Shown here piece after piece: positions 25,796 to 39,028 of a stretch of 58,202 bases of DNA. Below the pieces are notes generated by a model. It was not told the DNA's origin and did not search any database. It was given only the letters and a program-made list of their open reading frames with translations. Made by a program: the position numbers and the translations under genes. The DNA is taken from the NCBI RefSeq assembly GCF_001194135.2, contig NC_068982.1:28500781-28558982 (forward strand). Direction: 5' to 3'. How positions within the stretch are numbered: position 1 is the stretch's first letter; each line of letters opens with the position of its first letter. Source of the stretch: Octopus bimaculoides (lineage: Eukaryota).

Positions 25796-26191
25796 AGCAA
25801 GTACAAACAAACACAAGTTACCATTCAAAACAATAAATGATGACCTCGGAGCAGTTGTATATTGTAGATACATCTTTCTCAATACGTGTTGACAGATTGT
25901 TAACTACTTACAGGCAGCTTCAGCGGCTATGTACTGAGAACTAACATTACATGAAATACAGCAGTTATAATAAAGCCCTGAAAATCGCTTTTGATATAAG
26001 TAGGTTACACTACTTGCTTAGGTATCTTCATAGCACATGTGCTTTGTCCCAGTTGGAAAAATTATATAAATGCTTTTTATGAAATAAGTAGTCCAAGTAA
26101 GTAATCTGAACTAGTGGGAGCACCTTTACTTATCACGTGTCTCGATACTGGTACAGAAGCGTGTACAATAATTGTGGGCAAGTGTGTATGC

Positions 26192-26259
<68 letters not shown>

Positions 26260-26368
26260 AAGTATGGACACCTAAAACAATTAGCGAAATCATGGTACAT
26301 GCTACCAAGTTGACTGCATATGACGACTAGGTGTACATGCATGTGGCTATGTATACATGTGCTTACAG

Positions 26369-26440
<72 letters not shown>

Positions 26441-27408
26441 ATACACATACACGTACACAAGCAGAATTACACACGAATTTCTAGAAAGTATTACATCAAA
26501 CCTGTTTCATATTAAACAGAAAAAATGTAAGATATAGTTAAAATTTCAAACTTCGAATTAAGATTGTACATGTAAAAAGAGACAAAGACTCTCTGTAATT
26601 TTTAAATCTGAAAAACAAGCAAGGAATATATCTGCAATTAGATCAGCCAAATGAAATTCTTGGAAAATATTGAGAGCGCAGATAGGAGAACTATATAATG
26701 TCTTTCAGTGCGCTATGAATGTCAGGCAATGTTTCCCATTTAAAAGCATAAGAAACAGGATAGAAGAGTGCAATAGTCTAGCATCTGTTAAGCTACGATA
26801 TTTAAAGGAACTAAAATGATTATATAACATAAAACAGACAAATACACACACACTCACAGACGCACACACATTCGCGTGCGCACGCATGCATGCACGCGCA
26901 CACACACTCACACACACATATATACATACATATATAGATATATATACATCCTATATGTAGATATATATATATATATATATATACATATACCCATCCTAAT
27001 ATATATATATATNNNNNNNNNNNNNNNNNNNNNNNNNNNNNNNNNNNNNNNNNNNNNNNNNNNNNNNNNNNNNNNNNNNNNNNNNNNNNNNNNNNNNNNN
27101 NNNNNNNNNNNNNNNNNNNNNNNNNNNNNNNNNNNNNNNNNNNNNNNNNNNNNNNNNNNNNNNNNNNNNNNNNNNNNNNNNNNNNNNNNNNNNNNNNNNN
27201 NNNNNNNNNNNNNNNNNNNNNNNNNNNNNNNNNNNNNNNNNNNNNNNNNNNNNNNNNNNNNNNNNNNNNNNNNNNNNNNNNNNNNNNNNNNNNNNNNNNN
27301 NNNNNNNNNNNNNNNNNNNNNNNNNNNNNNNNNNNNNNNNNNNNNNNNNNNNNNNNNNNNNNNNNNNNNNNNNNNNNNNNNNNNNNNNNNNNNNNNNNNN
27401 NNNNNNNN

Positions 27409-27445
<37 letters not shown>

Positions 27446-27510
27446 GCCATGTTGGACCACTGAACTCAACAGTTATTTGTTTTCATTCTCTCTATTTGAT
27501 TCCTCTTATT

Positions 27511-27548
27511 CCTATCTGTCGAAGAGCGTAGGCTCGAAACTTAAAGGA
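27511..27548 (+). ncRNA. Hammerhead-like motif (variant, degenerate) in pLTR-like repeat ~27490-27640
   Basis: cctat-ctgtcgaa-gagc-gtag-gctc-gaaa-ct-t-aaagga; downstream cacctgtcttcacc as in the other family members. Confidence 0.45.
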
Positions 27549-27699
27549 CTTTTCCCTTTTTACCCAAGCGTCAAACTAACACGCTTGTTGTTCCTACACC
27601 TGTCTTCACCTTTGTTTATTCTATAAATTTGAACTATAAAGTGCACTATAAGCTTTATTTAGCACGACAATCTGCACTGCACCCTATCGGACTGCTTTT

Positions 27700-28214
27700 T
27701 ACATTCTTAAAACACATAAATTCATCAAATGCAAAAAGCAACCCAAATCACTGAAAAGAAAACTCCAAATGCAAAGCCATATACAACAGCAACGAAACGA
27801 ATAGTTAAAACATGCGGACGTCCAAATTGTGGAACATGTCCTAATCTTCTAGAGGGTTCGGAATTCCACTTCAGTCAAGGAGAGTGATTCACAAATAAGA
27901 CCGATTTCACTTATGCATACCAAAATTTAATTTATATTATAACGTGTTCAGCTTGTGGACACAACTATACTAGCCAAACAATGATATCGCTTAGACTGAG
28001 AACTTCACTGCATAAGGAAAATATCCTTTTCCCAAGGTATAAATAGATATCTTTGCGTGAACTCATAGAGAATCTCCATCCAAACTTCACGGTTTTCCCC
28101 ATCTACCAGTGCAAGGAAACGAAAATGTAAAAATTTATCCCACCCGCAAAATGTGCAATTACCTCCCTTTATTTACAAACATTCCCACAAGAACATGGAC
28201 TAAACACTTCTTAA
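27700..28214 (+). mobile_element. Penelope-like element, GIY-YIG endonuclease remnant
   Basis: Manual translation LKTHKFIKCKKQPKSLKRKL / KTCGRPNCGTCPNLLEG...NLIYIITCSACGHNYTSQT..LRLRTSLH / EHGLNTS*; CCHH-type cysteines and IY...Y..QT, R...H, GLN motifs typical of PLEs. Confidence 0.85.
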
Positions 28215-28240
28215 TAAAATACGAAATTGCAATGATTTCA

Positions 28241-28277
28241 ATATCTTGATTAGCGAAACGCGAAACCGGTCGACTAT
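28241..28277 (+). ncRNA. Degenerate minimal hammerhead ribozyme at start of PLE pLTR
   Basis: atatc-TTGATTA-gcg-aaa-cgc-GAAA-ccgg-t-c-gactat; palindromic stem III ACCGGT; two core mismatches from CTGATGA; about 27 bp after the ORF stop. Confidence 0.6.
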
Positions 28278-28347
28278 AACAATACTCTACCATTTAAAAT
28301 ATATCAAAGGTATGTAAAACTGTGAGCATTTTTCTTCTTTTATTATA

Positions 28348-28474
28348 CAGGGTGTCCACAAAGTCTGGGTACGTGGGGATTAACAATTACTTTAAGAAAT
28401 TATTATTTCTTATATTTAATTGTTTATGTTATGATTTTATTTATTCCATGTACCCAGACCTTGCGGACACCCTG
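28348..28474. mobile_element. Tc1/mariner-type MITE, 127 bp, TA TSD
   Basis: TA-cagggtgtccacaaagtctgggtacgtgg ... ccatgtacccagaccttgcggacaccctg-TA; 29-bp TIRs with 3 mismatches. Confidence 0.9.
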
Positions 28475-29212
28475 TATATATATGGTTGTAGAACTCAATA
28501 TACATATGCTTCAGAAGGAGGGGTCAGATGTGTTAAGGGCGGTAATAACAATGAGAATGACAAGAGAATAGTTATGTTTTGAACTTCGTTAGGTTGCAAC
28601 TGTTTCTGCTATAAGATGCAATACACTCATCGTTGAATGCGTGAATATCAACCTATTGCTTCGAAGCTCCGACGAAGCTATAAGGTGTTATTCAACATAT
28701 TCCTCTATTAGTACATTGTATCTTATAGAAAAAAACAGCTGTAAGCTAATCAAGTTCAAAACATAATTGTTTATTCGTTTGTCGTTCTAATTTCTTATGT
28801 GTACACACACACACACACACACGCTAACTCACTAACTCATCTTATATTCCAGATTATCCTAAAAACGTTGCTTTCTGTACTAGCTAATTATTTCAGGTAT
28901 ACGGTTATGCAAGTTGGAGAAATAATTTAGTTCTGTCTGAATTTTATTTGATCCAATATATCGCAATAGAGATTCTTTCCTCCGTGAAGATAAAGTAAAT
29001 AACGACCTTGCTTTCGAACAATCGTGATAAAAAATGCTGACTTAACGACTTACTATTATTTATTTGCACCGAAGCTAAATTGTGTGACACTGATCGTTCA
29101 GTCGATTACTATTGAGTGATGATGCGGTCGTACCTACTTCTGAAACTGGTTAACACTGGAAGATGAGTGAGAAAAAGAATCGAAAGGAATATTATTGTTA
29201 ATGTTATTATTA

Positions 29213-29590
29213 AAGGAATCGCTAGCATGCCGAACAAAATGTTTAGCTATATTTTGTCTGTCTTTACGTTGTGAGCTCAAATTCCACTGAGGTCGACCTT
29301 GCCTTTCATCCTTTCGGGATAAATTAATACCGGTCTTGCACTGAGATTTATGTGATCAATTAACTCCCTCCTACAAAATTTCAGGCCTCGTGCCACATTG
29401 GCAAGGATTATTACTATTATCATTATCAAATTGGTGAGTTGGCAGAACAGTTAGTAAGCTGAGCAAAATTCTTAGAGGCATTTCGTTTATCATTACGTTC
29501 TGAGCTTAAATTCCGCTGAGATCGATTTGCCTTTCATCCTTCCGGGATCGATAAAATAAGTACCAGTTGAGTACTGGAGTTGATGTAATC
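29213..29590 (+). mobile_element. Two SINE family A copies head-to-tail
   Basis: Core gcctttcatcct...gataaa occurs at ~29300 and ~29530. Confidence 0.8.
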
Positions 29591-29753
29591 AATTAGCCAC
29601 ATTCAACTTTGCTTTTCTTGTTTTCGGGGTTGATAACAGAAGTTCGTGTATTATAAGCTTCCCTATAATTTGCAGCTGTGTACAACTGTCAAAAATTATT
29701 ACAAATTTGGGGATTCTAAAAATGAATCTAAATTTCTTTTATAAAATCAATAA

Positions 29754-30050
29754 GCACAGGCATGACTCTATGGTTAACAAGCTCGCTTTTCAATTACGTG
29801 GTTTACCTTTCGTCCCATTGCGTGGCACCTTAAGCAAGAGTCCTCTGCTATTGCAACAGGCTAACCAAAGCCTTGTGAGTGAATTTGGTAGATGGAAATT
29901 GTGTGGAAACCTGTCGTATAAACAACCGATAGAATGATTATCGAATTCAAAACATAAGTTCTGCAGACGATTTGTTCGACTAAACCTTTCGAGGCGGTGC
30001 TCCAGCAAGGCCGGAGTTGAATAACTGTAATGAGAAAAAAAAAGACGAAA
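29754..30050 (+). mobile_element. SINE family C, internally deleted
   Basis: gcgtggcaccttaagcaagagtcc...ccaaagccttgtgagtgaatttggtagatggaaa...gcggtgctccagca. Confidence 0.8.
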
Positions 30051-30878
30051 AAAGATGTTATGTCATTAATCTTTACGATTGTTAAAAGAAAAGTTGATAA
30101 AACAAAGCCCTTCATTTTGGCGGGTGCAGAAAATTGTTCCTAAGGTATCATTTTTTTATTTCGTCATATTAACAATTTACAAGTTCATTATTGCTAAAAT
30201 AGTTGTTTTTAGAGGAACAGAAATTATATTATTTTAGTGTCAAGTTTCCAACTTTGTCGCACCAGTAAATAATCAACATACACTAAAAAGTAAGTGATTC
30301 AGATCACGCTAAATTGTAACTGAAACCCGATCGTGTGACGTATAATTAAACTCGAACCTAATTGTTTATGCAAAGAAAGATTAATATACTTTTGGTTTGT
30401 CTACTATTGCAAATTAATTACTACATGATTTCAATTTATGTTCATATACGTTTGAGTCTCCTTATACATCTCTGTCTCCTTATACATGCATACATATATA
30501 CATGATGGCCGCAAACTCGTGTTCGAGTATTGCCATCGCCTGATCGAAAGTCCTACACATGCGAAGGCTACGGCCAGCTATTTTTGTGATAGGTCTTACT
30601 TTCTTTTCAAACGATGCCTGTGTACATGTGTACGTATGCATGTATATATGCGCAGGGACTTGGAAATATATGTGTTAGTATCCAAGCGCGCGGTTGGATC
30701 ACTGGGAGTGGGAGGCCTCTCTGTTATTGTCACAACATCTCTCTAGTAGAGGGAAACTCTGAGAGAAAACCTGCGACTCTGACAATATTCGATCATGTAG
30801 ACTAGTTCTTCTATTCGAGTTTTTGTTGTCCATGTTCAGAGAGTGGGAATGGATTTGTGCAAATCCTTTTCCCACTAT

Positions 30879-30948
30879 AAAGTGCTCCACCCTGATTGCA
30901 GCCCATATTTGTTCCATGTACTTCTCAAGATTTTTACTTACTGTTCCC
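30879..30948 (-). mobile_element. 70-bp inverted fragment of a Dong/R4-like RLE coding region
   Basis: GTVSKNLEKYMEQIWAAIRVEHF, closely matching 44231-44300 (GTVSKNLEKYMEQIGAAIRVKNF). Confidence 0.85.
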
Positions 30949-31000
<52 letters not shown>

Positions 31001-31029
31001 GAAGAAGAATAACAAATACGAAGAAGAAG

Positions 31030-32046
31030 AAAAAGAAGAAGAAACAACAAAAGCTATAAAACAAATGAAATCCAAACTAAAACTAGAACAGCAACGGACC
31101 ATGATAAAACGATGGCAAGAAAAGCCCCTACATGGTAAATACTGGGCTNNNNNNNNNNNNNNNNNNNNNNNNNNNNNNNNNNNNNNNNNNNNNNNNNNNN
31201 NNNNNNNNNNNNNNNNNNNNNNNNNNNNNNNNNNNNNNNNNNNNNNNNNNNNNNNNNNNNNNNNNNNNNNNNNNNNNNNNNNNNNNNNNNNNNNNNNNNN
31301 NNNNNNNNNNNNNNNNNNNNNNNNNNNNNNNNNNNNNNNNNNNNNNNNNNNNNNNNNNNNNNNNNNNNNNNNNNNNNNNNNNNNNNNNNNNNNNNNNNNN
31401 NNNNNNNNNNNNNNNNNNNNNNNNNNNNNNNNNNNNNNNNNNNNNNNNNNNNNNNNNNNNNNNNNNNNNNNNNNNNNNNNNNNNNNNNNNNNNNNNNNNN
31501 NNNNNNNNNNNNNNNNNNNNNNNNNNNNNNNNNNNNNNNNNNNNNNNNNNNNNNNNNNNNNNNNNNNNNNNNNNNNNNNNNNNNNNNNNNNNNNNNNNNN
31601 NNNNNNNNNNNNNNNNNNNNNNNNNNNNNNNNNNNNNNNNNNNNNNNNNNNNNNNNNNNNNNNNNNNNNNNNNNNNNNNNNNNNNNNNNNNNNNNNNNNN
31701 NNNNNNNNNNNNNNNNNNNNNNNNNNNNNNNNNNNNNNNNNNNNNNNNNNNNNNNNNNNNNNNNNNNNNNNNNNNNNNNNNNNNNNNNNNNNNNNNNNNN
31801 NNNNNNNNNNNNNNNNNNNNNNNNNNNNNNNNNNNNNNNNNNNNNNNNNNNNNNNNNNNNNNNNNNNNNNNNNNNNNNNNNNNNNNNNNNNNNNNNNGCA
31901 CTACTGGGTACTGCACACATTCTACGCAAAACACTTTCAATACAGTAAGCATAAGAGCACCACAGCAAACCACAGCACATACCCAAGGCGCAGAGCTGCG
32001 CTCGGTAGTGAAGTGAAAGCACGTTATAAAAATAAAACTACTGAAC
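31030..32046 (+). mobile_element. 5'-truncated R4/Dong-like non-LTR retrotransposon in (AAT)n; middle lost in N-gap
   Basis: MIKRWQEKPLHGKYW before the gap; LLGTAHILRKTLSIQ* (stop 31946-31948), 3' UTR and (AAT)n after it. Confidence 0.8.
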
Positions 32047-32065
32047 AATAATAATAATAATAATG

Positions 32066-32120
<55 letters not shown>

Positions 32121-32146
32121 TTATTATTATTATTATTATTATTATC

Positions 32147-32198
<52 letters not shown>

Positions 32199-32692
32199 AT
32201 AGTGGTAGTAGTAGTAGTATTAGTAGTAATAGTATTAGCAGCAGTAGTAGTACTAGTAGTTAGTAGTAGTAGTCATTTCTTTAACATATAACCAATTAAG
32301 TACTTGATTGTTTGATTAATCATTCGGCCAGCCAATCAAAGAGATAATTTTGTCAGATGCTTTGGTGGGCATTCGTGATCTCATCAATGTTATGCTCTAT
32401 CTGCACTAGGTCTACTTCAGGTCTGTCTGTGAATGGCGACAAACCTAATTGATTTTATTTACCGTACGACTAATCAAACAATCGATTGGTTAATTGTTTA
32501 AATGCCAACGAATTGACTAATAATAATAAGAATAATAATAATAAGAGAAGTGAAATAACCAATGCGTAGACATGCGTTGGCATACTATCATTGGCATACA
32601 GATCTTCCTATGATGCAACAAATTTGGTTCATTTCACATCAAGAATGTCTGTAATTATGTACGTATGTAAATACATACATGCATATACATAC

Positions 32693-32740
<48 letters not shown>

Positions 32741-34499
32741 TCAAGCAATGCAGTATCAATTTCTTTATTACATGCTACAGTGAAATCTAAATAGATATGA
32801 AAACGGGTTGAGAAAACTTCATTAAGTGCAGACAGCAGGTGAGAAAAACGTGCGCTCACATTCAACGAAAACGTACTTGAAAAATTTACCGTCATCCTAT
32901 ATTATAATACGGATGATACTAATACTAATAAATATAATAACAAATGCATTTGTATGTACGGATGTATCTGTGTATCTATGTAAGTGTGGGAGTATCTATT
33001 ACACGTGAAAGATTTCAAAAATACAACAAAAATGTCCTTTTAATTATGAATCGACTAACTTTAATATAAGTTTCAAATTTTGGCACAAAGCCAGCAAGGT
33101 TGGAGGAGAGTGTAAGTCAATTACATCAACCCCAGTATAATTTGACTTAGAAATTTTTACAAAGTTTTATGAAAGCATAGTATCAGAACTAACTAGTTCT
33201 GATACGATGCTTTCATAAAACGTAATTAGAATAGACATGTTTCTTTAAACCTAACTTCAGTAACAAATATATTTGGAAAACAAATGTTAAGCAAACCATC
33301 GTATTCCTTACCAGGCACCCTCTACGTAGTATCAGCAGTAAATGCTTTCATTGTTCTTTATGCCAATGATTTCGATAGTGTTTCAGTTTTCTCCCATTGT
33401 CTACTTTATCCTCATTTTTGACACCCACATGTTTGTTTATTATTAAACCAAATACTATTGAAACAATTATTTAATTCAATGAATACACATTTTAATAAAG
33501 GTTCTAACTTCGGTACCAGACCAAAATGCTGATAAAAGACATATGCCCAATCATTTCCTAATACATTTGCGTGTAGACAGAACCGAAATGTAAAGTCATT
33601 ACTATATTAAAATTTATCAAAAACCATTGAAGTTAGAAAAGTATTGGCAAATAAATGGCAGTGGAAATTTAAGTATCACATTCTTGAAAGAAAGAGCAAT
33701 AACTTTATTCGCATGGATAGCTAAATGCAAGCGACAGATAACACTTCCGTTTATGAAAAATTACTCTGTGAATTAAAAACAAGTAAAAAATCAGCTAGCG
33801 AATAAAATGAATTCTGTTGGCGAAACTTATGAATTCATGTCATAACGACCGTAGATACCAAACAAAGGAGCATTGTTTTTAACTGAGAAGTATTTTTTTA
33901 AAATGAATCTAATGTCATTGAATCCAACATAAAATGAAATATAAAAACTATGTTGGCATTGTGTTATTAAAAATTTAGAAGAAGAAAATTGGGTGACATA
34001 CATATAAATTTCTATCTATACTTCTATCCCAACATTTGTTTAATAAAATCCTGAGATTCGCATATGATTGTTCGGATTCTTTGGTAAAACATTTGATTAG
34101 ATTTAATTAGATAACTACTCTTACATATATAGATACAACAAAATTTAGACGGTTCTCTGTAAGCAAAGGAATTTAACTGTTTATCTACATAAACTGCAGT
34201 TGACATATACTCTGCACATACATTTATATTCAATAATGGTTATGTGATTGTTGATATTTAATGCAAGGAGCATAAAAAAAGGCTAGCTAGAAATAATTAT
34301 GGCTAAAGAAAAACAACAATTTTAGTTATATTCTAATATCATTTTCAAAAGGCGTTTCTTTGCTTTCTACATACGCGCAAGTTTGAGCTAAATTTGACAG
34401 TCTGCATAAAGGGAAAAGAAAACACAATATCCCAACAAACAATAAAAGTATTTAAAAAATTCAAAAATATCAGTTATATTACGGCTGCGAGATAATTGT

Positions 34500-34950
34500 T
34501 CACTCAAAGTAGTCACTAATCTACCACGGCCTCAAGACGGCTCTGAAACCTGTCGCATGTGTTCCTCACTGTCTTCTTGAGAAGATCTTCGAACACCTTC
34601 TTGATCTTGGCCGCTAGCTTGGCTTTGGTGTTGCTGAGAGTGCGACTAGTTTGTTCTCAACTGTGTCCTACAAATAGTAATCCATGAGAATACAATTGCG
34701 GGAATTCGGAGGCAAGAAATTATGGAATGTGGGATCGTAGAAATTCTCCGACAACCACTTCTGACTCTTTCCGGAGGTATGGCAAGAATCCTAATCTTGT
34801 TGCCACACATATGGCCTCTCAGCAGAAATTCTTTTTCAGCCAGACATTGACCACAATCTCCAGTAGCTTCATATAGCCGTCTGTATTGATACTAAGGCTC
34901 CATTCAAAGACGTGTGGATGAATTTCAGTGTGGGATGCAGTGAGAATGAC
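34500..34950 (-). mobile_element. Tc1/mariner transposase remnant, DD37D (maT-type) spacing
   Basis: RPYVWQQD*DSCHTSGKSQKWLSENFYDPTFHNFLPPNSRNCILMDYY: 37 residues between the second and third Asp; ends RFQSRLEAVV...DYFE*. Confidence 0.9.
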
Positions 34951-34957
34951 TGTCAGT

Positions 34958-36230
34958 TGGGCATTTACTCACAAAACCAAATGCACCAATCATTATTGGT
35001 ATAAATGTAAATTTATAATCTGGATATAACTGGAGCTTTCGAAACAGTTGTCAATATCTTTCCTCTTTCTCTTTGTTTTTCAAAGAGATATTCACATCAG
35101 CTGACCTCAATGGCGGTAGATACTTCTTGTCTGTCACAAACTACAATATCCGGTCTGCTATGCTTACACTTCGAAGATATCTTCATGGGAATGTTCCACC
35201 AGTAATCTTTTTATTGGTGTTTGTGAACGCTTTCAATAACGGGTATTCTCTATATTTACTTCAGGACAATCTTTTTTCCTAACGACATTGTATATTGTTT
35301 TTGCGACAGCGTCATGTCGCATAGGGGGGTAGTAACTTGATGGCATTTGACAGCAGTTGCTATTCACTTGTGTGAAGTTTTCCACAGAAATATGACATAA
35401 TCTTATACTTTCAGTTGTATCTTGGAACACCAAGGGCTTTCTTTTGTTTATCTGGTATTTAGTAGCAATCACTTGTCCTTGGATTGCAAATTATAACCTT
35501 CGAAGTTTGATGTGATGTAGTGTCACGAGTCTTTGCTTCATGTTAATATTACTGCCTTCATGTTTTTGGGAAGCATACCCATTCATAGTCTTTTTTGTTT
35601 TTGTATGCTGAGCATTTTACATGCAGATCATCTTTGACGTATGTTACTCCAGCTGATTTGGGGTTGTATGGGAGGTCATCAGAAAGTGAATGCTTTCTGA
35701 TGAGCTCGCTGCCAAAACGTAGGATTTTGTTTTTTTCACATGTCAGCACTAAATCAATGTATTATTTTTGCTGCTCTTGTTTAACAAGCGCTGTCTGAGA
35801 GAGACTATGCGACATTGGAAGGCTGTCTGCACTGATCTCAAGCATTTACCACATTTATCTCTTCTTACGTAGAACCTGTCGATATTACTATTCCTGTGGA
35901 GATTTCCAGATGATATCAGTGTCTTATGGGTTTGAATGTTTGTAGGATTTCATCTACAGACTAGCCAAGTGTTCCGAATGTCAGAATCAGCACTAGCACT
36001 GAAAATGCATTCTGGGATATTGTCTTCTTATAAGGGGAGAATTCCGCCAGCCATATTTTTCTAAGTCAGTCATAATATTCTCGGGTCAATTACAGTAGCT
36101 TCGTATGATGTGTTTTCATTCATACCTATTTACTTTTAGCATTCTTGAATGGGACAGGAAAGATAGTGAGACCAAAGATGCATAGGTTTTGGGTCTGGGG
36201 GACTGATTTTCCCCGTTCAGCAATCAAATA
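34958..36230 (-). mobile_element. Degenerate RLE-type (R4/Dong/NeSL-like) LINE: end of RT, CCHC region, RLE
   Basis: Frameshifted YLIAERGK..., HRNSNIDRFYVRRDKCGKCLRSVQTAFQCRIVSL, MRHDAVAKTIYN, KHSRPDIVVCDR..IEVS, FIPIMIGAFG. Confidence 0.85.
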
Positions 36231-38709
36231 TGTGTGTATGTATGTTGGGATGGATGGATATAAATTCGGTATTGTACATTTTTCTCTTTCTCTTACATCC
36301 CCTAATCACTTTTCTTCTCTTCAGTAAAATGTGTCACTCGAAACATCAGAGTCTCTTCAGCTCTTCAGTTTCTTTCTTTACCGTATTTATCTTCATTTTA
36401 CACTTTTTTGACTGTTATTTCCTCGCTATATATTTCTACGCTTTTTCAGGCACGTGCTTTCTCTTATGTCTCTCTCTCTCTCTCTATATTATTTATTTAT
36501 TTGTCTCCTCTTCGCCTCATAATCTCGCCCCTGTTAATTGTGTGATTTGTATCTATTTATTAAGTTCAGCGTTGAGGAACCTCTCTCCATTTTATCTTCC
36601 CTCTATGTTCTTTTTTTTACACTGTCTTCTTTTGCTACCGTTTTCGACACATACACTGTCTTTCTCTCTCTCTCCCGACCTCTCCCTCTTTCTGTATACA
36701 CACGCGCGCGCGCACACATACAGTCTCACACATACAAACATATAAACATATTTCATATATACATTCATGTGTGTGCATGTACATGTATGTGTAGACGTAT
36801 GTGTTTACGTATGCAGACAAAAATAGTTGAAAGAAAATGATATAGTCTGACACGAATGTTATTTCTTTTAACACACACTATATATTCCTTTTGTAGGTTC
36901 ATAACTTTACTTTCTGTCTGTGTTTATGTACAAATAAGGAGTACACGATGTGAAAATTACTTAACGATTATATTTTATATAATCGTTGACTGTTAGCAAT
37001 TGATGATGGTTAGAATAGTACGAAAACAAAAGCAAGGAAAAGTGAAATCGTGTGTTAATCATAACAGTCTTGATGAAAGCAACGGAAATATTTGATTTAA
37101 AGATAACAATAACTTAAACTATGCCGACTGACAAAAGAAAGAGATAAGAAACAACTTTGCAGATAGCACTAGAATTTTGGCGGAAGAAAACTTCATAATA
37201 TATTATATAGGAAGAATATGTTGTTAAAATTTCTTTACAATGTAATACTTACGATATAACAATGTGCATTATAAAGTACGTACGATATAATAATGGGAAT
37301 ATGTATCAATAACACGCAAAGAACAATGTAGAAATTTGTAAATGTTTCATTTATGGCACCGCCAAAGAAACTTTATAGCTATTATATAAATTATGTAAAT
37401 AATCATAAAGAATAGTTATAGTTTTATTATACAATGCATAGAATATTGGAAAAAAGAGATAGTGATCGCTATTTCGATGGAAAAGCAAAGAAACTGATCT
37501 AGAAATACGATTCCATAAACCAAAAGCCATTTTAAAAAACTTACAAAATTCAAAATTTGCTTTATGATTTCTCTCTCTCTCTCTTTGTCTTTCTCCCTCT
37601 CCCTCTGTCTGTCTGTCTGCCTGTCTCTGTCTCTCTTTTTCTCTGTCACTCTCTCTCTCTCTATATATATATATATAAATANNNNNNNNNNNNNNNNNNN
37701 NNNNNNNNNNNNNNNNNNNNNNNNNNNNNNNNNNNNNNNNNNNNNNNNNNNNNNNNNNNNNNNNNNNNNNNNNNNNNNNNNNNNNNNNNNNNNNNNNNNN
37801 NNNNNNNNNNNNNNNNNNNNNNNNNNNNNNNNNNNNNNNNNNNNNNNNNNNNNNNNNNNNNNNNNNNNNNNNNNNNNNNNNNNNNNNNNNNNNNNNNNNN
37901 NNNNNNNNNNNNNNNNNNNTTTTGCCCTTATTTATAATTGTTTGTATTTTCACCTCGAAAGGTATTTTAATATGCTGGCCACTGATGAAAATGTTTTTTT
38001 GGGGGGAAAAATTTCATCCTTATATTATATGCTCGATTAGATTTGACTTCGGGCTGCACACAACAACACCTGAGAAGTGAAAGAAAATTCCTGTTTCCCG
38101 ATATGTGAATGTAAACCGTACAGTGACGTAATAAGTGAAAAAAGTAATTACCTGTCCCATCTCACTTAATTGCCACCAAAATTACGAAACATACGCACAC
38201 ACACACACAAACATACACACATACACACACACACACTTATGCAAACTCTACACGCATGAATTTGACTACTAAAGTTATCCGAGAAAAGCAGAGGGTTCAT
38301 TGAGTACAGTGAAAAATGGTTGTTACCACGGGAAAAAATTATGCCTTTTAAATAAAATTGTGTAAGATAAGCTGAAAAGAAAACAGCACTTTACTTGTTC
38401 CGTAAGTTGAAACATTGGGAGAAAAAGGCGAAACTAAAATATAGTGAAACCAGAGTGTTTTCCTTTAAAATATAAATAAAAATATTTCTAGTACAAGGTC
38501 ACTTGATTCATACTTCACACGTAAAATTAAATGAAGATTTCAATACATATATACCACATACACTCGCACGCACACACACACACTCACATTCATTTGCACG
38601 ATGTGGAGAATATACCACTAGCATTGCAAAAACGACCTCAACATTAGCTTCAAAATTTGCCCAAGGCTAGGACCACGGGCCACATGTCCCCTACCCAGTT
38701 CAGGATCTC

Positions 38710-39028
38710 AACATATAAACACATTGTAATGCAATTTCTTTTCCTGAACAAGTCTTGCCCTATTTAACATTTTCCCGAAGCAGATAAAAAAGGGAAAGTG
38801 TTCCATTACTTTTAAACGGAATCTGGACAAATTTCTGCAAGGAATACTGGATAAGCCACCTGTATCTGGACACAACTCACTCAGTAAGAACTCCCTACTC
38901 GAATGGACCATGATACCACGAAGCTTGACTTTAAAAAGATTTAGCTAATACTATTAGGTGATGCTATTAAGTTAGACATGGCCTGGACCAATCATTGGTC
39001 GAAACATATCTAAGTTATCTAAGTTTTA

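Noticed and set aside
38985-39010. gacca/tggtc-GAAAC as a hammerhead
   Set aside because: No CUGANGA-like core; better explained as a LINE 3' stem-loop.
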